Both the position numbers and the translations under genes were made by a program. The notes under the pieces are model-generated. The model was not told the origin of the DNA, searched no databases, and worked only from the letters and a program-made list of their open reading frames with translations. This document shows positions 48,837 to 58,930 of a DNA stretch of 64,000 bases, piece by piece; within the stretch, counting starts at the first letter, position 1, and every line of letters begins with the position of its first letter. The stretch comes from Acidobacteriota bacterium. Its GTDB lineage: Bacteria; Acidobacteriota; UBA890; WLXD01. The DNA lies in assembly GCA_965205505.1 (NCBI GenBank), contig CBDBHB010000009.1, positions 1,984,001 to 2,048,000 of the forward strand, read 5' to 3'.

Positions 48837-50291
48837 CTATCGTCGCGCGTCCTCGCGTGAGGCGCCGAGTCGGGTCGCAAATTTCGTTTTGCGCCACCCC
48901 GAATCACCTACCGCGTTTCGAGCCCGTATACGACATTTGTATCGTGTATCCGCGGTGAGCTCGTCGAGGATCACGCCCTCGACGTTCGCATAGGCTCGCG
49001 CGACGGTGCTCCATTTATCGCCGCTCGGCTTGCATTGCACAGGGTGGAGCACCAGTGGCCTGTAACAGATGATCGTTGCGTATCGTGGTGGCGAAATGGG
49101 TCCGGATGCCAGGCGCGACGACGAGACGATGTTTGCCCATCGTGGAGGAGGAGCAACGCCGCAGACGGGCCGATTTCGCCGCCATCCTGCGGACAGATGG
49201 GCAGTTGCGGGCGATATCGGCGTTGCGCCTCGTCGACGATGCCCACTGCATCGCCTTCCTCGCCGCGCCTTGATCTCACCCGCAAATCCCATCTGCGATA
49301 TGCAACGATCATCTGTTACAGGCCACTGGTTCTTGCTGCTTTCGCGAGCCCAGCGTTCGAGAAGTTCGACGCGCCGCCGAAGGTCGCGACTGAGATCGCC
49401 GATCGATGTGATGTCGGTCAGGGTCATTGGTAGAGAGAACGCTGCCTTGTTGGTCTTCGGGTCCATCAGCTCGAGCAGGCCCGTGAGTGTGTGGCTTCCG
49501 GCTCCGCGGCGCAGGCCATCTTGACGCGTATAGTTCGAGTTTACGGCCTCGACACGGCTCTCTCTCGTGTTCGCCTCGTCTGCACGGTTCTCGAACGAGA
49601 CCCCGGCGGCGCCGCCGTAGTCGGCGACATTCACCACGACGATGTAGTCGGCGATCTGGCGTGTGCGCACCAAGCCGAAGGCGGGCGAGTCGCGTAGTGC
49701 CTTGGCAACCTGCTGCTGGACGACCGCCAGCTCGCCTCGCACCTGCATCAACGTTGACTCCATCGAGGCATTCCGGTCGGTGACGGTCGTGTCCATCGGA
49801 CCGACGAAGACGCGCGGCGCGTTGATACGCTCCGCGAGATCATCCGGCGGGTCTGCTACCTCCCGGAGCTGCACGATCTCCTTGCTCATGTCGCGGCCCG
49901 CCTGATGCGCGAGGATCGTCTGCTCCCAGCAGGTCTCGTAGTCCCCGACGCCGAAGGAGGCGATGCCGGCCATGAAGTAGACATCGGGCACCCCGGGCTG
50001 GCGCTCGTCCGCGGCCAGGAACGCCTCAAGGGCGTCCTTCTCGTCGCCCATCTGGCCGTGCGCCAGGCCCTTCAAGAAGTGTGCCGTCCACAGCGTATCG
50101 TCCGCCTTCAACACATCTTCGAGCAGGTCGAGCGCGTACGCCGGCTCACCCTGATCGATGTACTCTTGGGCCCGCTTGAGTTGCTGCTGTAGCTCTCGTC
50201 CGTCCCCGTCCTGGCGTGCCTGTGCGGGCGCAGCGACGACTAGCGCAACCAGCAGGACGCGGAACAAGGGGATATGGCCACGGTTCCGCAT
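48837..50291 (-). CDS. TPR protein (paralog of 33305-34273) extended through a palindromic element into an FN3-like fragment
   Basis: Homology to the paralog ends at ERWARE (~49343). The frame stays open through 49051-49330 and into WSTV...TRYKCRIRARNAVGDSGW. Confidence 0.7.
   Translation of the reverse strand: MRNRGHIPLFRVLLVALVVAAPAQARQDGDGRELQQQLKRAQEYIDQGEPAYALDLLEDVLKADDTLWTAHFLKGLAHGQMGDEKDALEAFLAADERQPGVPDVYFMAGIASFGVGDYETCWEQTILAHQAGRDMSKEIVQLREVADPPDDLAERINAPRVFVGPMDTTVTDRNASMESTLMQVRGELAVVQQQVAKALRDSPAFGLVRTRQIADYIVVVNVADYGGAAGVSFENRADEANTRESRVEAVNSNYTRQDGLRRGAGSHTLTGLLELMDPKTNKAAFSLPMTLTDITSIGDLSRDLRRRVELLERWARESSKNQWPVTDDRCISQMGFAGEIKARRGRRCSGHRRRGATPISPATAHLSAGWRRNRPVCGVAPPPRWANIVSSSRLASGPISPPRYATIICYRPLVLHPVQCKPSGDKWSTVARAYANVEGVILDELTADTRYKCRIRARNAVGDSGWRKTKFATRLGASREDARR
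49051..49330. mobile_element. 280-bp palindromic MITE-like element
   Basis: 35-bp terminal IR ACCAGTGGCCTGTAACAGATGATCGTTGCRTATCG with 1 mismatch; interior is also imperfectly self-complementary. Confidence 0.85.
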
Positions 50292-50429
50292 CGTCGAGCC
50301 CCTTTGTCTGCGGGCAACCCTTCCCGGGGCCCCCAACGGCGACTAGCCAGAGAACCCTCTCACGATGCCTGCCACAACATCAACGGGACAAGGGTGGTCG
50401 GTGTTCTCGGGAGCACGCAACGCGATTCG

Positions 50430-50519
50430 GTAGCCGAAATCACCCTGAGTTGGAATCGGATCATCCAGGAAGAACGGGCTCGGCTCGCGGGACTCGGCTG
50501 AAGACGCTACAGATCCAAT
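50430..50519 (+). repeat. Motif B core plus peptide tail, followed by a shortened motif A
   Basis: GTAGCCGAAATCACCCTGAGTTGGAATCGGAT closely matches 56044-56075; followed by TGAAG...AGATCCAA. Confidence 0.7.
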
Positions 50520-50532
50520 AGCACGAGCTGCT

Positions 50533-51375
50533 TCAGCTCGTCGGCTTGGTGAACTTCAGCAGGTAGCGATCGGTGTCGTAGCGGCCGTCATAGGTGCCCT
50601 CCTCGAAGCCGGAGGTGCTACGGTCGTCCGCTGGGTTTGCCAGCATGGCGGAGCGCCCCGACAGCTCAAAGCCCCCGGCGGTGAACTCGTCGATTACGGT
50701 CTGCTCGTTGAGGCGATGCGTCTCGGGGTCCCATCCCGGCTTGTCGCTGGCTGCCTCGACGATGCCCACGACTCCACCGGGCTTTAGGGCTCGGTGCATC
50801 TCGGCCACCGCCTCGGGGCGCGAGGGGCCCGGGACGGTCCCGAGGTCGTGGTAGTTGCGCACCGCGACCATCACGTCGACGCTGCCCGATTTCATATCCG
50901 TAAGCTTGTCGATTAGCTCGACGTTGCTCAGACCATGGTCCTGGATACGCTGCTTCAAGCCTTCCCTGGTGGAGTAGTCGGTGTCTAGACCAAAGAAACC
51001 CAGGACACTCAACACGTGCCCGTCAGCACCCATCAGGCGTGACATCAAGTGAGTGTTGTAACCCTCGGCAGGCCATAGATCCGCAACCGTCATGCCCGGC
51101 TGCATGCCCAGCCACTGGTAGACATCGATCGCTTTGCGGTCACTATCCTCGGTGCGCTCGGCATCGGGGCGCGCAGGGTCATCGAGAACGGACCGATCTA
51201 GCTGCGTCACGATCGAATCTTGTGGCAACGCCGAGGCAGTCTCTTCCGAGGCTATTGGCTCGGTTTCCGGGCTACAGGCGATCATCGTTGCCGCCACTCC
51301 CACGAGCAGCGAGAACACGTGCGTATCTCCGACTACGCCGCGACGGTTACCCTTGAACAGATTCGCTTGTCTCAC
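50533..51375 (-). CDS. Class I SAM-dependent methyltransferase-like exported protein
   Basis: PARPDAER..D..RK, QPGMTVADL, RNYHD, ALKPGG and LANPADD motifs; AAAGGAG RBS. Confidence 0.8.
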   Translation of the reverse strand: MRQANLFKGNRRGVVGDTHVFSLLVGVAATMIACSPETEPIASEETASALPQDSIVTQLDRSVLDDPARPDAERTEDSDRKAIDVYQWLGMQPGMTVADLWPAEGYNTHLMSRLMGADGHVLSVLGFFGLDTDYSTREGLKQRIQDHGLSNVELIDKLTDMKSGSVDVMVAVRNYHDLGTVPGPSRPEAVAEMHRALKPGGVVGIVEAASDKPGWDPETHRLNEQTVIDEFTAGGFELSGRSAMLANPADDRSTSGFEEGTYDGRYDTDRYLLKFTKPTS

Positions 51376-51445
51376 CGTTGATCTCCTTTTCACCGGGGAA
51401 GGTCACTAACTTCGACTCTGTTGAGTCAAGGGCGATACATCACCA

Positions 51446-51509
51446 TGGCGCCACCACAGGGATGGGTGAGCGCGTGAAGCCTATCGCCGGAGCGTGCGAG
51501 ATCCAACGG
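51446..51509 (-). repeat. Motif A copy with adjacent TGGCGCCACCA core, upstream of the methyltransferase gene
   Basis: Minus strand TTGGAT-N17-TAGGCT; GGTGAGCGCGTGAAGC shared with 58415-58430. Confidence 0.8.
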
Positions 51510-51891
51510 GGCCCCGGAGCAGAATACCTGTGCGCTGACCGTACGGACGATGTCAGGAAATCGTCGGAATACCCGTGGCGACTCGGACCTCAGCCCTGCT
51601 TGCCGAGTAGCATGGGCGTCTACGCGTGCCGCCCCCTCGGGCGACTGATGGAGGTCGAATGAAGGGATTCAGCCGCCTGATCACGATCGCGTCGACTTCG
51701 CCTCGGATGGCAAGGAGACGAAGCGTGTGGCTCGCGCGATGATGCGAATGGTGGCGGCCATCAACGACGAGTTGTTGCCGCCCAGCCAAGGGGGGAGGGC
51801 CGGTGCTCGTGAAATCGGCGTCGAGCTCATCTAGGATCACCGGTCGTGGCTCCCATCAATCTCGACCCAGCATCAGAGGGGCCCTTCATAG

Positions 51892-51914
51892 GTGTCATAG
51901 CTGTCGTATGACAC
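51892..51914. promoter_or_regulatory. Candidate operator (8-7-8 inverted repeat)
   Basis: GTGTCATA-N7-TATGACAC ends 22 nt before the transporter start codon. Confidence 0.5.
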
Positions 51915-51936
51915 AAAACAGGTCAAGGAGCCGAGC

Positions 51937-53361
51937 ATGACGGCTGCCAAGCAGGTCATCGAGCCGGATATGACTCCCGTCCAAAAGTTAGGTGAGGCGA
52001 TCGCCGACCGGGTAGAGCGGTGGATGCCGAGCCCGTTCCTCTTCGCGATCCTCCTGACCTACGTCGCCGCGGGCGCCGCATTTATCTCGGAAGGGTCGGC
52101 AGTGACCGAGATCGCCCTGTCATGGTACGGAGGCTTCTGGGCCCTACTGCAGTTCGCGATGCAGATGGTGATCATCCTCGTGACGGCCAATGTGGTGGCG
52201 TATCACCCACGGGTGAGGGGTGTGATCCTAAGCCTCGTTCGGATTCCCAAGAATGGTCGGCAGGCCGTCGTTCTGGTAGGCGTGGGATCGATGCTGACCG
52301 GATGGATCTCCTGGGGTTTGGGGCTCATCTTCGGAGGGATCATGGCCCGCGAGATGGGCAAGCACGCCGCCCGAAAGGGGATGGCTGCGCACTATCCGTT
52401 GTTGGCCGTGGCGGGCTACATGGGGATGAGCCTCACGTGGGGATGGGGGCTGTCCAGTTCCGCCGGTCTCCTTCAAGCGACCGAGGGAAACGCGCTGATG
52501 CAGATGGGCTTCGTCGATCGCGTGATCCCCTCGACGGAGTGGGTGTTCCACCGCTATCCGCTGATTCTCACAGCGCTGTCGATCATCTTCTGCTCGATCA
52601 TGCTGTATCTGCTGAGCCCGCCCGATCAGAACTGCAGGCCGATCGGGTATTACGTGGACGACGACGGTGGGGATGCTCAACCGGAGAGGACCCCGGCCGC
52701 GCAAAAGGAAACCGCCGGCGCCGCCAAGCCTGCGATAGCCGACAGGATCGACAACAGCAGGATCCTCGGGGGCGTCCTCGCGTTAACCGGTGTCGTGCTG
52801 TTTCTGAGGCAGTTCTTCACGCAAGGCCTCGGGGCGCTGGACCTGAATAACTTCAACTTCGGGTTCCTGATGATCGGGCTCTTGCTCTACGCCAGTCCCA
52901 CCAAGTACCTGCGCGAGTTCTACGACGCCGTTCAGGGGAGCGCGGGAGTCGTCCTGCTCTTCCCGTTCTACGCTGGCATCATCGGAATCATGACCGGGAC
53001 GGGGCTGGTCGATACGATGACCGCCTCGCTGCTCTCGATCGCCACACCGGAGAACTTCGCGGTGACCGCCTGGATCACCGGTGGGGTCCTCAATATCTTC
53101 GTGCCGTCAGCCGGAGGTGAGTGGGCGATCATCGGCGGCCCCATGATGGTGGCCGGTGCCGAGTTGGGTATCCCTCACGGCCAAACGATCGCCGCCTACG
53201 CGGTCGGGGACGCACACACGAACCTCCTCAACCCGTTTTGGGCGATCCCGCTGCTGGCCATCACCGGCCTCCGTGCTCGGGACATGTTCGGCTACGCGAT
53301 CACCATGATGATCTTGCTCGTCCCATTTCTGGCGATCGTGCTCTACGTTCTGCCCTACTGA
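51937..53361 (+). CDS. atoE: Short-chain fatty acid transporter (AtoE family)
   Basis: RWMPSPFLFAILLT, LLQFAMQM, FPFYAGI, FVPSAGGEW and PFWAIPLL motifs. Confidence 0.85.
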   Translation: MTAAKQVIEPDMTPVQKLGEAIADRVERWMPSPFLFAILLTYVAAGAAFISEGSAVTEIALSWYGGFWALLQFAMQMVIILVTANVVAYHPRVRGVILSLVRIPKNGRQAVVLVGVGSMLTGWISWGLGLIFGGIMAREMGKHAARKGMAAHYPLLAVAGYMGMSLTWGWGLSSSAGLLQATEGNALMQMGFVDRVIPSTEWVFHRYPLILTALSIIFCSIMLYLLSPPDQNCRPIGYYVDDDGGDAQPERTPAAQKETAGAAKPAIADRIDNSRILGGVLALTGVVLFLRQFFTQGLGALDLNNFNFGFLMIGLLLYASPTKYLREFYDAVQGSAGVVLLFPFYAGIIGIMTGTGLVDTMTASLLSIATPENFAVTAWITGGVLNIFVPSAGGEWAIIGGPMMVAGAELGIPHGQTIAAYAVGDAHTNLLNPFWAIPLLAITGLRARDMFGYAITMMILLVPFLAIVLYVLPY

Positions 53362-53595
53362 GATCCGCGCGTAGGAGGCACCATGTGTTACATGGCGGCA
53401 TTCGTCGACCAGGCGTACTCGTCGTGACGGCTTGGGGCATCCCGGCGGCGGCGCTTGCTCAGACTGGAATCTACGAGCTCGTCTCCAATTGGCCGAATGT
53501 TCCCTCCGGAATGTTCTTCGGGTCAGGTGAGGGTTGGCCAGATCGGAACCTCTTCATTCTAAAGAAGTACCGAGGGAGGGACGACTGAACGATAG

Positions 53596-55896
<2,301 letters not shown>

Positions 55897-55967
55897 TCAT
55901 TGCGGTCGCCTAGACATGTTCTACACACGTGTGTAGCTTGCCTAGGAGTCCAATGCGGCTGGACGGG

Positions 55968-56184
55968 GCCTATCATCAGAGTCACGAGATCCAACGGAGA
56001 GGGCAGGGGATACCCTAGGGCGCAGCACCCCAGAAGGGAGGAAGTAGCCCCAATCACCCCGAGTTGGAACCGGATTCAGGAAGAACTCAGGAGCCTGGAT
56101 CGGTTCTCCGCCTGATTCGGAGGCTGCCAGTGGGGGGTGGGCCAGCGCTTGAAGCCTATTGTTAGCGCCGGCACGAACCAACGG
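55968..56184. repeat. Motif A - motif B - motif A cluster
   Basis: CGAGATCCAACGGAGAGGGCAGGG (55985-56008) is identical to 58447-58470; GTAGCCCCAAT at 56044; TGAAGCCTAT at 56150. Confidence 0.8.
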
Positions 56185-56259
56185 TAGGCGTAGCGGAGTG
56201 GGCCTCCCCCGATTTCCCGGACACCTTTGGAAGTCCGATAATGGGCTCGGAGGTGAAGC

Positions 56260-56553
56260 ATGGGGTCACGACGGCGGTACAGTCGCGAGTTCAAGATTGA
56301 GGCAGTGAGGATGGTGACGCAGCTGGGCCATCCGGTGTCTGAGGTGGCCCGGGATCTGGGTGTTGGCCGCGGCATGTTGACCAAGTGGCGCAAACAGCTC
56401 CAGGAGCAGGGGGTCACGGCGTTTCCGGGCGCGGGGAAGATGCCCGACCAGGACCTGGACGGGCAACAGCTACGGCGGGACGTGCGGCGAGTACGGCAGG
56501 AGCGCGACATTCTAAAAAAAGCGTTGGCGATCTTCTCGGAACGCCCGCGATGA
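56260..56553 (+). CDS. IS3 transposase OrfA
   Basis: RRRYSREFKIEAV...VARDLGV HTH and ERDILKKA. Confidence 0.9.
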   Translation: MGSRRRYSREFKIEAVRMVTQLGHPVSEVARDLGVGRGMLTKWRKQLQEQGVTAFPGAGKMPDQDLDGQQLRRDVRRVRQERDILKKALAIFSERPR

Positions 56554-57545
56554 AGTACCCGATCATCAAGCAACTGTCCGGCAAGTTCCCGGTGCGGCGG
56601 TTGTGCAAGATGCTCGAGGTGTCTCACGGCGGTTACTACGAGTGGCGAGGAAGGGGGCCGAGCCCGAGAGCGCGAGAAGATCGCCGTCTACGTGTGCAGA
56701 TCAGAGCTGCATTCCGAGAGAGCCGCGACCGTTACGGAAGTCCGCGCATCCACAAGCAACTTCGGCAACGAGGGATCCGCTGCTCTCGCAAGCGGGTAGC
56801 TCGGCTGATGCGCCAGGAAGGACTTCGAGCTCGCCAACCCCGTCGGTTCCGGGTGACAACACGGCCCACACCTGGCCGGTCAGCGGCGCCCAACGTGCTG
56901 GCACGGCGCTTCACGGTGGATGCCGTGGACAGCGTCTGGGTGGGCGACCTGACATACCTGTGGACGCAGGAAGGATGGCTATACCTGGCCGTGCTGATGG
57001 ATCTGTGCTCGCGACGGATCATCGGCTGGGCGGTGAGCGAGACGATGACGGACGATTTGACGCTGGCGGTCCTGGATCAGGCCTTGGAGCAACGCCGTCC
57101 CGGTTCCGGAGTGCTCCATCACAGCGACCGCGACAGCCAGTACAGCAGCGACGATTACCTAGACAAGCTGCGTGACCGTGGCTTCACCATCAGCATGAGC
57201 AGGAAAGGAGACTGCTGGGATAACGCGCCGATGGAGAGTTTCTTCTCTACCCTGAAGTTCCAACTCGGTGGCTGCTTCAGTTCCCGGGCGGCGGCCCGAG
57301 CCGAGTTGTTCCACTACATCGAAGTGTTCTACAACCGGGCTCGCATGCACACCTGGATCGGAGACCAGAGTCCGGCTCAGTTCGAGGCGGCAATGCGGCG
57401 GCCAGGCCAGAGCGGCCAATCAGCTGTGGAAGCTGACGCGCCCGTGGAAATCGACTCCCGATTTCCACCGTCGCTTGGACAACGCTCCGCGTTGCCAACA
57501 GCTCCCACAGCCGCTAATACGACTACGACAATGGATCTTAACTAA
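56550..57545 (+). CDS. IS3 transposase OrfB (DDE)
   Basis: YGSPRI, WVGDLTY, HHSDR and CWDNAPMESFF motifs; ATGA overlap with orfA. Confidence 0.92.
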   Translation: MKYPIIKQLSGKFPVRRLCKMLEVSHGGYYEWRGRGPSPRAREDRRLRVQIRAAFRESRDRYGSPRIHKQLRQRGIRCSRKRVARLMRQEGLRARQPRRFRVTTRPTPGRSAAPNVLARRFTVDAVDSVWVGDLTYLWTQEGWLYLAVLMDLCSRRIIGWAVSETMTDDLTLAVLDQALEQRRPGSGVLHHSDRDSQYSSDDYLDKLRDRGFTISMSRKGDCWDNAPMESFFSTLKFQLGGCFSSRAAARAELFHYIEVFYNRARMHTWIGDQSPAQFEAAMRRPGQSGQSAVEADAPVEIDSRFPPSLGQRSALPTAPTAANTTTTMDLN

Positions 57546-57686
57546 GTGTCCGGGAAAGCGGGGCAAGGTCAAAGTGGCGACGTGCCCGTTTTCGCGTCAG
57601 GAACACCGATGACCTAGTCTTGTGATGTTGTCGTCTCGTTTGCCCGTCCAGCCAAGTTCGAGGGAGGCCACACTGTGAGGAGCCTG

Positions 57687-58184
57687 ATGCCAAAACGCCT
57701 GACCGTGTTGCAGGTAGCGCTGATCCTGATCGGCTCGGCCGCAAGCGCTCACGCCCAAACCGAGTCGCGGGATCCGTTGATCGGCACCTGGACACTCAAC
57801 GCCGAGAAGTCGGTCTTTGGCGGCAACGCGCCTCCGCCGACCAGCCTGACGAGGACGTTCGACTACACCAAAGACGGGCTGATGCTCGTGACGCTCGAGA
57901 CCGTGAACGCCCGTGGCCGCTCATTTCTGCACTGGTACTTGGGCTTCGACGGCAAGGAGTACCCGGAGTATTCAAGGGAATCCGGGGCGAAGCCGACATA
58001 CTGGCTCTCGGCTAAGGTGATCGATCCCTACACGAAGGAGGTGATAGATCGCGTTGCGGACCAAGACGAGCCATTCCTGATGATCACCTTTGCCGTCTCG
58101 AAAGACGGTGAGACCATGACGATGACGTACAAGGACATGGATGGTACGCCCGGCAACGTTGTCGTGTACGACAAGGTGTTCTAG
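57687..58184 (+). CDS. Secreted hypothetical protein (beta-barrel-like)
   Basis: Signal peptide; DPLIGTWTLNAEKS, FDGKEYP and VVVYDK motifs. Confidence 0.7.
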   Translation: MPKRLTVLQVALILIGSAASAHAQTESRDPLIGTWTLNAEKSVFGGNAPPPTSLTRTFDYTKDGLMLVTLETVNARGRSFLHWYLGFDGKEYPEYSRESGAKPTYWLSAKVIDPYTKEVIDRVADQDEPFLMITFAVSKDGETMTMTYKDMDGTPGNVVVYDKVF

Positions 58185-58190
58185 GTAGCC

Positions 58191-58391
58191 TCAATGCGGT
58201 CCCGCGCCATGGACGGCTGCGATGTGTGGATGGTTCAGGGCTGCGGCAGCGCGAGCCTCCTGCTCGAAACGAGCGAGGCGCTCGGGGTCAGAGGCGAACT
58301 CGGCGGGCAGCACCTTGATGGCCACCTTGCGGCCCAGGCGCGTGTCCTGCGCCAGGTACACCTCGCCCATGCCGCCAGCACCGAGCTGCTC
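58191..58391 (-). pseudogene. N-terminal fragment of a Ser/Thr protein kinase
   Basis: [27 protein letters not shown]...[17 protein letters not shown] followed by a stop. Confidence 0.9.
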
Positions 58392-58393
58392 GG

Positions 58394-58571
58394 TGGCGCT
58401 ACCAGGGAGGGTTAGGTGAGCGCGTGAAGCGTATCGTCAGAGACGGCGAGATCCAACGGAGAGGGCAGGGAAGGCGCAGGTGGGGCGTTGCGAAAAAGAG
58501 GTAGTAGCCCCAATGGCGAGGATGTTGAACACCACATGCAGTACGTGGCGCGCCTCGCGAGGGTCGGCTGA
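58394..58571. repeat. Inverted core - motif A - motif B unit
   Basis: TGGCGCTACCA (58394), motif A (58425-58470), then GTAGCCCCAAT (58504) with a tail. Confidence 0.8.
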
Positions 58572-58576
58572 GCGTC

Positions 58577-58769
58577 CTACGGGTCCGTCGGCACGAGCCG
58601 GTTTAGCTCCTCGAACCAGTTGGTGACCAGCATCACGTTCCCGACGCCGCTCAGCGATTGGGTGGCGGCTTCCAGCATCACGAAACGCTGCCCGTCCCCC
58701 GTCACATCGAAGTCCGAGGCACCGTTGGCGTATCCGTTCAAACCGCCCAGGAAGTCCCCCTCTGACAAA
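58577..58769 (-). pseudogene. C-terminal fragment of a kinase/PD40 beta-propeller protein
   Basis: FDVTGDGQRFVML...VTNWFEELNRLVP* is the typical C-terminus of these kinases. Confidence 0.75.
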
Positions 58770-58788
58770 GTAGCCCCAAGGGGATTGA
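58770..58788 (-). repeat. tRNA 3'-end-like att core (motif B)
   Basis: Minus strand reads AATCCCCTTGGGGCTAC, resembling a T-arm/acceptor 3' end (tRNA-Glu-like). Confidence 0.6.
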
Positions 58789-58930
58789 CCGGTTGCAATG
58801 CCGATTGGCGGTGGTGAGTAGCGGGTGGTTCGAGGCGGGTACTAGGGGCGCTTGACGCGCGTGGCGTCCACCTCGCCTCCGTCGCTCGGTTGCGTTGTAC
58901 CGCCGCTCGATCGTCGCTACGCTCGGTCGC

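Larger units (their letters stand above)
56199..57571 (+). mobile_element. IS3-family element, apparently near-intact
   Basis: 26-bp IRs (TG...TTTCCCGGACAC, 21/26 identical); orfA/orfB with an A7G slippery site at 56514-56521. No target-site duplication seen. Confidence 0.93.

Noticed and set aside
51520-51850. Possible gene remnant between the methyltransferase and AtoE-family genes
   Set aside because: No frame gave a recognisable protein.
55921-55936. 16-bp perfect palindrome CTACACACGTGTGTAG after katG
   Set aside because: Single copy with no U-tract; function cannot be supported.
58740-58850. Intact tRNA gene
   Set aside because: Only about 17 nt of 3'-end-like sequence; no D or anticodon arm.
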